From IMG/VR virus record IMGVR_UViG_3300045988_107297: DNA of 44,764 nucleotides. The stretch is one strand, 5' to 3'. Made by a program: the position numbers and the translations under genes. The DNA is from a virus. Of this stretch, positions 32,794-40,505 are shown piece by piece. The notes below the pieces were generated by a model, which made no database searches, had not been told where the DNA came from, and saw nothing but the letters and a program-made list of their open reading frames with translations. The stretch's first letter is position 1. Every line of letters starts with the position of its first letter.

Positions 32794-32897
32794 TATATGA
32801 TAGCACATATATGCTAGCATATGCAATAGGCAATGTGCACAAAGATATGTGCTATCATATGTGCAAGATGTATGCTTGCATATAACCTCCGTATAAT
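32794..32897. promoter_or_regulatory. operator-rich divergent promoter region
   Basis: A 16-bp perfect inverted repeat pairs 32795-32810 with 32845-32860. The palindrome ATATGCTAGCATAT lies at 32809-32822, and TGCAAG/CTTGCA at 32862-32880. TATAAT lies at 32892-32897 on the + strand. TTGCAT-18-TATCAT lies on the - strand at 32797-32826. Confidence 0.6.
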
Positions 32898-32924
32898 GTA
32901 TCATATACTTGGAGGTGATATGGC

Positions 32925-33245
32925 ATGAGCACGACAGAGGCACAGCGCAGAGCTACGGCGCGGTATCTGGCAAAGCAGGTCACCCTCACGGTGCGGGTGT
33001 CGCCAGAGCAGGCCGAGACGCTGAGAGCCGCAGCAGCTGGCGCAGGCATGAGCTTGACACGGTACCTGGTGAGCGCAGCAGAGGCCCGGCGGGCAGCACC
33101 AGAGGCAGAGCCAGACGGCGACCGCATACGGCTCAGCCTGAGAGCTGATGCAGTCCAGGGCCTAGAGGCTGACGGCGAGACGCCAGCGCAGACAGCGGCA
33201 CGGCTGCTAGCTGACGCTATCAGGCAAGCAAGACAAGACACATAA
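32925..33245 (+). CDS. ribbon-helix-helix DNA-binding protein
   Basis: RRATARYLAKQVTLTVRVSPEQAETLRAAAAGAGMSLTRYLVSAA has a beta-strand plus two-helix RHH layout. RBS GGAGGTG. Confidence 0.6.
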   Translation: MSTTEAQRRATARYLAKQVTLTVRVSPEQAETLRAAAAGAGMSLTRYLVSAAEARRAAPEAEPDGDRIRLSLRADAVQGLEADGETPAQTAARLLADAIRQARQDT

Positions 33246-33301
33246 TGACGGGGCGACCTTCACGACGTGGGGGCCGCCCTCTTTTATAAGGGGGCGAGGA
33301 T

Positions 33302-33778
33302 ATGGCGCAAAAAAATCCTGCGTCGCTGGCAAACCTGCGCACCACGCGGGACATGAGCCCAGAGGAGCAGCGGGACTTTGCTCGCAAGGGGCAAGCTGCA
33401 CTTGTAGAGCAGCGTCGCCGAAAAAGGGCGCTGAGGGATGTGCTAGACGCGATACTCAGCAAGCCCGCAGACCTGGCAGACATCACCGAGGGCAGAGAGC
33501 TCGCCGAGATGGTGCGCCAGACGGCAGAGGATGCGGCCGTACCGCTGGACCAGTACGATGCCATCGCCATCGCCCAGGTGGTCAAGGCTCGCAGCGGCGA
33601 CACGGCGGCCGCCGCATGGGTGAGGGACAGCGCAGGCGACAAGCCCGGCGAGACGGTGGCGGTGCAGCAGCTGAGCGCTGAGGATGTAGAGCTGGCCCGC
33701 AAAGTCGCGGCCCGGCTGGATGCATCCGGCACCAAAAGTGCAGATGCTTCAACAGTAAAAGCCAAAAAGAAACGATAA
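33302..33778 (+). CDS. terS: terminase small subunit
   Basis: NPASLANLRTTRDMSPEEQRDFARKG at the N-terminus, and AIAQVVKARSGDTAAAAWVRDSAGDKP. Its position is upstream of terL. Confidence 0.55.
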   Translation: MAQKNPASLANLRTTRDMSPEEQRDFARKGQAALVEQRRRKRALRDVLDAILSKPADLADITEGRELAEMVRQTAEDAAVPLDQYDAIAIAQVVKARSGDTAAAAWVRDSAGDKPGETVAVQQLSAEDVELARKVAARLDASGTKSADASTVKAKKKR

Positions 33779-34245
33779 AACGTTGAAAGCTATTTCGTTT
33801 AATTATGATTTAGCGAAATAGGACTAGCCTTTGGCGACTTCGAGGGGCTGCCGCATATAGCAGTATAGATATTCTGTACCTCTATTCTATGGGGGAGGGG
33901 TATCCCCCCCTGAAGGGGAAGGGCGGGGTTCCGAGGACGGGGCGGGCTATAGCGAAAAAGGCTTCTCGCCAGACTTTTTTTCAAAAAATACCCCCCCCCA
34001 TCGGGTTCACTCCACCCCGCTTCTCAAAAGGGTGGTACTCGAAAAAAATATTTTTTTACCATTCACAACCATTGTTGTTCTCCGGCCCTGACAGACGGCA
34101 TTGTAGTCTGTTTTCATGGGCTTTGTGAGGCTGGTACCCATATCAAAGCATTAAAGGTTTTGTTGGAACCCCGTGCCGTGTGGCGGGTAAGTTCACACGG
34201 GCGGTCCTACACGCAAAGTGGGAAGGGGCGGAAACGCCCCAATAT

Positions 34246-34318
34246 GCCGTCATAGCTCAGTTGGCAGAGCGGCTGCCTTGTAAGTAGCAAGCCGAGGGTT
34301 CGAGACCTTCTGACGGCC
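34246..34318 (+). tRNA. tRNA-Thr (anticodon UGU)
   Basis: Manual fold: GCCGTCA acceptor, GCTC/GAGC D-stem, GCTGC-CTTGTAA-GTAGC anticodon arm, GAGGG-TTCGAGA-CCTTC T-arm, TGACGGC. CCA is not encoded. Confidence 0.85.
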
Positions 34319-34428
34319 CCCCAAGGCCGATGACCCGCTAAAATATTTTGTCTGTGTCCAGGTGGGATTTCGCGGCAGGCCTTCCCCGCGCGCCTCTCTC
34401 TGATGCGTACCATGCGGGGCTTTTTTAT

Positions 34429-34502
34429 TGGGCTGTGGCCAAACGGTAAGGCATGGGACTTTGACTCCCAGATAGCAGGTTCGACACCTGCCAGCCCATC
34501 CA
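34429..34502 (+). tRNA. tRNA-Gln (anticodon UUG)
   Basis: Manual fold: TGGGCTG/CAGCCCA acceptor, GCCAAACGGTAAGGC D-arm (as in bacterial tRNA-Gln), TGGGA-CTTTGAC-TCCCA anticodon arm, GCAGG-TTCGACA-CCTGC T-arm. CCA is encoded. Confidence 0.85.
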
Positions 34503-34633
34503 ATGGGTGAGCCGGGCACAGGATAAGCCCGGAGGGCGGGAACGGGGTGTGCGTGCAAATAGATGGGCAAGCGGGAAAGCCTCCGCCCAGTAAGGCCCTG
34601 CAATGGGTCTGCGCACAAGGGAAAGGAAGAAGT

Positions 34634-36115
34634 ATGGCAGGATTTGCAGACGTAAGAAAAGCGGAAGCGAAATACTGCATGGAGCATCCGGCCTACTTCG
34701 TGGAAACGTATGTTCACATTGAGGACAAGGACGCGGCCGAACTGATTGTCCCCTTCAAGTTGTGGGACGGGCAGAAACAGGCATTGCAGACGTTTGCGAA
34801 CGACCGGCTGGTTGTTGTACTGAAAGCGCGGCAGCTTGGTTTTACATGGCTTGCGTTGGCCGAGGCAAGCAGGCTGTTGGCTTTGAATACGGGCCGAACA
34901 GTCGTTGGCTTGTCCAAAACAGAGGAAGAGGCAAAAGAGCTTGTGCGCCGCATGGGCGTGGTTCTGCGTTATATGCCGGAATTCATCGCAGAGGAAGGCG
35001 CTGTGCCCGCCGGGTGGAGCGGCCCTGTTTTCAAGGCCTCTGCATTGGAGGTGCGGATAAAGTGGCCAGACGGTCCGGAAGGCTCGTTCAAGGCGTTTTC
35101 TTCGTCCCCCTCTGCCGGTCGTTCATTCACGGCTGATTTAATCATCATCGACGAATGGGCGTTTCAGCAGTTCGCGAGAGAAATCTGGCAGGCTGCTTTT
35201 CCTGTTGTCAACCGTCCCACGGGTGGCCGGGTCATTGGCCTGTCCACAATCAAACGTGGAACACTGTTTGAGGAAATCTACACAAACCCGGACAACGGGT
35301 TCACGAAACTTTTCCTGCCGTGGAGTGCTGACCCCCGCCGGGATGAAGCATGGTACAAACGAACTCTGAACGCGCTGGGCGAAGATGAAACCTATCAGGA
35401 GTACCCCGCAACTGTAGATCAGGCGCTGGAAGTCCCCGGCGGCGCGTTCTTCCCAGAAGTGAGGAAGGAAACCCATTGTGTGGATAAACTGCCCGCAAAG
35501 GGCAGGCGCTATTGCGTGATGGACTACGGCCTTGATATGCTGAGCGTCCATTGGGTAAACATTGATGTAACAGGCCATGCCTGTGTGTACAAAGAGTATA
35601 ACGAAAGCAATTTGCCCATCGGCGCGGCGGCTGAAACCGTCTTGAAGCTGTCGAAGGGCGAAGAAGTTGAGTTGTTCTTGGCCCCCTCTGACCTGTGGGG
35701 ACGCAGCCAGGAAAGCGGCAAGAGCCGGGCGCAGCTGTTCCTTGAAGCGGGACTTCAATTGGTGCAGGTGAGCCGGGACTTCCCTGCCGGATGCGCGGCC
35801 ATGAAGGAATGGTTCCGAATTGACCCGGCGACTGATACGGCATGGCTGACAATGTACAAGACCCCGACACTGTTGAGGTGCCTACAGAAAATTCAAAAAG
35901 ATGAGCGCAAACCGGACGTTTACGCAAAAGAACCGCATAGCTTGACACACTCCGTGGATAGCTTGCGGTATTTTTGTGTCTGGTGGACGGCGCCCGCCGA
36001 GGCCACGCAAACAAGGAAGCACGTCACATGGGAATCTGACCTGTGGGAGGATTACTACAACGCTGACGAAGAGGGCAAGGCTTACATGATTCAGAAATTT
36101 GGAGACCCGTTTTGA
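34634..36115 (+). CDS. terL: terminase large subunit
   Basis: Walker A-like VVVLKARQLGFTW, Walker B DLIIIDEWAF, nuclease-domain CVMDYGLDMLSV. RBS GGAAAGGAAG lies before ATG 34634. Confidence 0.85.
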   Translation: MAGFADVRKAEAKYCMEHPAYFVETYVHIEDKDAAELIVPFKLWDGQKQALQTFANDRLVVVLKARQLGFTWLALAEASRLLALNTGRTVVGLSKTEEEAKELVRRMGVVLRYMPEFIAEEGAVPAGWSGPVFKASALEVRIKWPDGPEGSFKAFSSSPSAGRSFTADLIIIDEWAFQQFAREIWQAAFPVVNRPTGGRVIGLSTIKRGTLFEEIYTNPDNGFTKLFLPWSADPRRDEAWYKRTLNALGEDETYQEYPATVDQALEVPGGAFFPEVRKETHCVDKLPAKGRRYCVMDYGLDMLSVHWVNIDVTGHACVYKEYNESNLPIGAAAETVLKLSKGEEVELFLAPSDLWGRSQESGKSRAQLFLEAGLQLVQVSRDFPAGCAAMKEWFRIDPATDTAWLTMYKTPTLLRCLQKIQKDERKPDVYAKEPHSLTHSVDSLRYFCVWWTAPAEATQTRKHVTWESDLWEDYYNADEEGKAYMIQKFGDPF

Positions 36116-36127
36116 TGAGGTGGAAAC

Positions 36128-37981
36128 ATGGCGGTACATTTTAGAGTTCCCGATCAGGTTTCCCCTAGCACAATGGTTGTCGATACGTTTCTGGGCGTGG
36201 ATTACAGCAACGCCCCCGGCAACGTGGACAAACGGCAGTCCCCGAACGGGCAGAACATGATCCGGGACGTACCCGGCAAAGTGCGCAAATCCATGGGCTA
36301 TGAGCTTGTGAGAACGTTTGATGGGAAAATCAACGGGTATCACAAGCTGAAAAAGGATAAAGAAGGCATTATCCATGCAGGAACAAAGCTGTACCGTGAA
36401 AACGGGACGGTTTTATACGAACAAGCGAACAATGCCCCTTCCAAAAGCTGGCAGCTCAATGATAGTTTGACCATCATTGACGGCGCGCACATCCTGATTT
36501 ATGACGGCACCAGCGTAAAGAACGCGGCAGAAATTGCAAAGGTTCCGCTGTTTTCTATCGCGAAGTCGCCAAAAGGCGGCGGCACGGACTATGAAGCGCT
36601 GAACCTGCTCTCCCCGAAGTTTCGGGAACGGTTTGCCGGTACAAAAGACGATACAGTCTATCATTTGAGCTTTTCCGGGCTGGATGATGCGCCGGTAACG
36701 GTGAAAATCCTGAACTCCGATGGCGCATGGGTGGACAAAAACGATGGTTTCACGGTCGATAGAACCAAAGGCACGGTGACATTCAGCACTGCGCCCGGCG
36801 TTTCTCCACTATCCGGCGAAGATAATGTTGAAATCTCTGCAAGCCGGACTGTTTCGGGGTACGCTGACCGCGTTGTGAAATGCGATATTGGCATTTTGTT
36901 CGGCGTGAACGGCGCGTCTGACCGCCTGTTTTTGTCGGGCAACCCGGATTATCCCAATCAGGACTGGTATTCCGGGCAGTACGACACGACATATTGGCCC
37001 GATACAGGATATTCGCAGTTGGGCACGGCTGGCAGCGCGATCATTGGGTACAGCATTATCAATAACTACCTTGCCACGCACAAGGACGATGCTGAACCTG
37101 ACCGGAATGTGATTGTCCGGCGCGGCGATCTGGTGAATTCCACGCCTGCCTTCCCTATTATCAATACATTGCAAGGCCCCGGTGCCGTGGCAAAGCGCTC
37201 TTTTGCGTATCTGTCCACGGAACCGGTGTTTTTGACAAAACTGGGCGTGTTTGCAATTACCCCGTCCGACATCAGCGGCGAACGATACGCGCAGAACCGG
37301 AGCTATTACATCAACGAGAAACTGAAGAAAGAAAAGAATCTCGAGGATGCGGTGGCTGTGGTGCACAAGGACTTGTATTGGCTGGTTGTGAACGACCATG
37401 CGTACATCCTTGACGGCCTGCAAAATATAGGCCGGGCGGCCTCTGAGCCGTATTCTACACGACAATACGCTTGCTTCTTCCGTACCAACGTACCGGCAAG
37501 CGCTATGTGGGTGATTGATGAGCGGCTGTATTTCGGCACGGCAGACGGCAAGGTATGCCGTTTCTATGACGACCCGGCCAGCCTTGACAGCTACAACGAC
37601 ATGGGCGAACCGATTGAAGCATGGTGGGAAACCCCTGATATTTCGGGACGCCTTTTCTATAAGAACAAGACATTCAGGTATCTCGCAGTTAGCGTTGCGG
37701 CCGCAGTTGCCACCAGTGTGGATATGCGGGTGTTGCGCAAAGGCGAATGGAAAACCCTGAAACGGAATGCATTTAATTCACGCTATCTGTCCTTCGCACA
37801 GCTTGTTTTCTCGAAGTTCAGTTTTTCCAGCGACACCACGGCACGCACCTTGCACACCAAAGCGAAGTTGAAGCGGGTTGACAAGACCCGGTATCGCTTT
37901 GAAAACAAGACGCTGAATGAGCCGTTCGGGCTTACAGCATGGGCAATTGAGTTTATTGAGAGCGGAAAGTACAAGGGGTGA
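36128..37981 (+). CDS. virion structural protein (possible tail nozzle / tubular-protein-like)
   Basis: 617 aa, beta-rich, located between terL and the scaffold gene. No confident motif. The function is inferred from size, position and the lack of other tail-tube candidates. Confidence 0.35.
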   Translation: MAVHFRVPDQVSPSTMVVDTFLGVDYSNAPGNVDKRQSPNGQNMIRDVPGKVRKSMGYELVRTFDGKINGYHKLKKDKEGIIHAGTKLYRENGTVLYEQANNAPSKSWQLNDSLTIIDGAHILIYDGTSVKNAAEIAKVPLFSIAKSPKGGGTDYEALNLLSPKFRERFAGTKDDTVYHLSFSGLDDAPVTVKILNSDGAWVDKNDGFTVDRTKGTVTFSTAPGVSPLSGEDNVEISASRTVSGYADRVVKCDIGILFGVNGASDRLFLSGNPDYPNQDWYSGQYDTTYWPDTGYSQLGTAGSAIIGYSIINNYLATHKDDAEPDRNVIVRRGDLVNSTPAFPIINTLQGPGAVAKRSFAYLSTEPVFLTKLGVFAITPSDISGERYAQNRSYYINEKLKKEKNLEDAVAVVHKDLYWLVVNDHAYILDGLQNIGRAASEPYSTRQYACFFRTNVPASAMWVIDERLYFGTADGKVCRFYDDPASLDSYNDMGEPIEAWWETPDISGRLFYKNKTFRYLAVSVAAAVATSVDMRVLRKGEWKTLKRNAFNSRYLSFAQLVFSKFSFSSDTTARTLHTKAKLKRVDKTRYRFENKTLNEPFGLTAWAIEFIESGKYKG

Positions 37982-37985
37982 TAGC

Positions 37986-38141
37986 ATGAAGTGTCCTAGA
38001 TGTGGCATTGAAATGAAGGTCAACGTCATCGGGGAGCTGCTGACGTTTATTTGCCGCAACAAGCAGTGCAGCGGCTACGGCCAAGCACAGGCAGAAAAAG
38101 ACCTGAGTACGGAAGGAAAGGAGGAGCGTCATGAAGATTGA
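37986..38141 (+). CDS. 51-aa zinc-ribbon protein
   Basis: The sequence contains MKCPRCG...FICRNKQCSGYG. Confidence 0.5.
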   Translation: MKCPRCGIEMKVNVIGELLTFICRNKQCSGYGQAQAEKDLSTEGKEERHED

Positions 38142-38238
38142 GAATGGCAACAAGAGTACCGCCAGCGTGAAGGCCACCAACAGCTCTAGCAGCAAAAAGC
38201 CTACCGTTACCAAGGGCGGCGATCTGCGCAGCAAGTGA
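38131..38238 (+). CDS. possible 35-aa basic Ser/Lys-rich peptide
   Basis: GGAGGAG lies 4 nt upstream of ATG 38131. It overlaps the previous ORF by 11 nt. Confidence 0.3.
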   Translation: MKIENGNKSTASVKATNSSSSKKPTVTKGGDLRSK

Positions 38239-38254
38239 CAACAAGTGAGGAACT

Positions 38255-39052
38255 ATGGAAGAGAATACCAGCGGCGTTATGACTGAAGAAGTCGAGCAGG
38301 AGGCAGCCGCACCTGCACAAGAAGAGACTACCGGAGAACCTGCAACCAATGAAGGCGTAGGTGATGCTGCCGAAGCCGGGCAGCAGCAGGAGATCCCTAA
38401 CGAAGTATGGGAAACCAGCCGGAAACGTGCTGATGCAAAGGCCAAGCAGCGGTACGACCGTATGGTAACTGAGCGGTTCGGGCATTTGGTAAACCCGTCC
38501 ACCGGTGACCCCATCCGAAGCATGGACGATTACTTCGCAGCACTGGACGCGCAGGCGGACATTCAACGCCGCCAGTCCTTGCAGCAGAAGGGAATCGACC
38601 CCAAAATTCTCGATGATGCAATCAACAACAGCCCCGTCATCAAGCAGGCGAAAGAAGCAATTCAGGCCCAGCGCGAAGCGGACGGCCAGCGGCAATTCAA
38701 TGAGCAGATGCGGCAGATCACCGCACTGGACGGCGAATTCCGGACACTGGGCGATCTTCGTAATGCCCCTGAATTTGACACTTTTAACCAGCTTGTGATG
38801 AGCAACGTTGATATGGTGAGCGCTTTCAAAGCGGCCTTCTTCGATCGACTGGCCGCCAAGAAGAGCGCAGCGGCCACGCAGGCAGCCATTAACACCGCCA
38901 AGAGTAAAGACCACATGGCCCCAATTGGCGGCGGGAATGACGCAAGCGACGGCCTGACCGATGAAATCATCGCGGAATATCGCAAGTTTAATCCTAAATG
39001 GACGCGCGACCAAATCGCAGCGTACCACAAGAAATATGGAAAGGATCAGTAA
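38255..39052 (+). CDS. scaffolding protein
   Basis: It has an acidic N-terminus and is helical and Gln/Ala-rich. It lies immediately upstream of the decoration-like and major capsid genes. Confidence 0.55.
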   Translation: MEENTSGVMTEEVEQEAAAPAQEETTGEPATNEGVGDAAEAGQQQEIPNEVWETSRKRADAKAKQRYDRMVTERFGHLVNPSTGDPIRSMDDYFAALDAQADIQRRQSLQQKGIDPKILDDAINNSPVIKQAKEAIQAQREADGQRQFNEQMRQITALDGEFRTLGDLRNAPEFDTFNQLVMSNVDMVSAFKAAFFDRLAAKKSAAATQAAINTAKSKDHMAPIGGGNDASDGLTDEIIAEYRKFNPKWTRDQIAAYHKKYGKDQ

Positions 39053-39054
39053 CC

Positions 39055-39423
39055 ATGTTTATCGTTGTAATGCGAGACATTGCGGACGTGGAACCTTTTG
39101 AGCACCAGCCCGGTGCTGCCAATCTGGCGCGCGGCTCTGCCGCTGTGCTGACCGCTGGCAGTCTGGCCAAGTGCGGCGCGACCGCTAAACCCTCTCACAT
39201 CGTTATGGGGCCTGCCGACGGCAACGGCCTGTATCCCTGCATCCGCGTTCAGCCCACCACCGTGTTTGAGACCACCAGCACCGCTGCCGTGGCTTCTGCC
39301 GGTGCCAAGGTGACCCTGAACACCGATGCACTGAGCGTGACCGCCACCGCCACTGACGGCGTGTTTACCGTCGATTCCACCGAGAACAAGGCCAACGGCG
39401 TTGTCCGTGGCCGTTTCCTGTAA
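39055..39423 (+). CDS. DUF2190-like head decoration / capsid-associated protein
   Basis: 122 aa, Gly/Ala/Thr-rich and beta-type. It lies directly before the major capsid gene. Confidence 0.45.
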   Translation: MFIVVMRDIADVEPFEHQPGAANLARGSAAVLTAGSLAKCGATAKPSHIVMGPADGNGLYPCIRVQPTTVFETTSTAAVASAGAKVTLNTDALSVTATATDGVFTVDSTENKANGVVRGRFL

Positions 39424-39432
39424 GGAGGATAT

Positions 39433-40443
39433 ATGGCTAACATCATTTTTTCTGAGGGTTCCGGCGTTGCCAACAGCGTGTTCGGCAAGAGCCAAGAACC
39501 CATCAAGGCGATGATCGAGAGCGGCGTTGAGGCGTTCGAGGAGAAGAGCCTGATTTCCAACATCTTCAACATGGAAAGTTCCACCAACTTCGCCGAGAAG
39601 TACACCAACGAGACCAGCGTGGGTGACTTCGAGGACGTGGGCGAGAATGGCGCTTACCCCAAGACTGGTATGCAGGAAGGCTTCTCCAAGGTCATTGAGC
39701 CTACCACCTGGAAGTCCAGCTTTGAGGTTACGCAGGAGATGATCGAGGATGCAAAGATCGGCAAGATCAAGAGCCGCGCCGGTATCTTCTCCACCAGCTA
39801 CAACCGCACTCGTGAGAAGTTCGCCGCTTCCCTGCTGGCCGGTGGCACTGGCACTTCCGTCAAGATCCAGAACAAGACCTACAGCACCGCTTCCGCTGAC
39901 GGCGTGGCCCTGTTCTCGACTGCTCACCCCAGTGCCACAAAGGGCACCAAGCTGACCCAGAGCAACTTCTTCAAGGCTGATTTCAGCACCAGCATTCTGG
40001 ACCAGGTTCAGGAGGCCATGCAGAGCTTCACCGACGACGACGGCAACCTGCTGAACGTCGCCCCTGACACCATCATCATTCCCAATGTGGCTTCCCTGAA
40101 GCGTGCCGTTCTGGCTGCCGTGTCCAGCGACCTGGACCCTGAGAGCAACAAGAATGCAATGAACTTCCAGGCTGGCCTGTGGAACGTGCTGATCTGGCCC
40201 TATCTGCCCAAGTCCATCGGCGGCAAGCCTTTCTTCCTGATGATGGACAGCCAGTTCAAGGACGACTATCTGTGTATGCCCTGGGTTGACCGTGTTGCCC
40301 TGACCGTCAAGAGCGAGATTGACCCCAACACCGACGCCAACGTGTTCCGTGGCCGCGCCCGTTTCGGCGCTGGCTTCAACAACTGGCGTTGCATCGCCCT
40401 GTGCGGCGGCGGCGTGACCGGCGGCACTACTCTGACTGCCTAA
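39433..40443 (+). CDS. major capsid protein (HK97 fold)
   Basis: 336 aa with a strong RBS TAAGGAGG. The pattern ALFSTAHP...LLNVAPDTIIIPNVASLKRAV...WPYLP is typical of HK97-like MCPs. A terminator follows. Confidence 0.8.
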   Translation: MANIIFSEGSGVANSVFGKSQEPIKAMIESGVEAFEEKSLISNIFNMESSTNFAEKYTNETSVGDFEDVGENGAYPKTGMQEGFSKVIEPTTWKSSFEVTQEMIEDAKIGKIKSRAGIFSTSYNRTREKFAASLLAGGTGTSVKIQNKTYSTASADGVALFSTAHPSATKGTKLTQSNFFKADFSTSILDQVQEAMQSFTDDDGNLLNVAPDTIIIPNVASLKRAVLAAVSSDLDPESNKNAMNFQAGLWNVLIWPYLPKSIGGKPFFLMMDSQFKDDYLCMPWVDRVALTVKSEIDPNTDANVFRGRARFGAGFNNWRCIALCGGGVTGGTTLTA

Positions 40444-40464
40444 TTAAACTTACCTGATTTACCG

Positions 40465-40497
40465 ATGTCCCTGCCTGATGGTGGGGACATTTTTTTG
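40465..40497 (+). terminator. rho-independent terminator after the capsid gene
   Basis: ATGTCCC (40465-40471) pairs with GGGACAT (40484-40490), followed by TTTTTTT. Confidence 0.7.
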
Positions 40498-40505
40498 GAG
40501 GAGCC

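Noticed and set aside
34207-34717. Minus-strand ORFs of 157 and 155 aa between terS and terL
   Set aside because: They overlap both tRNA genes on the opposite strand and have no RBS. Their composition is Pro/Arg/Cys-rich and non-protein-like.
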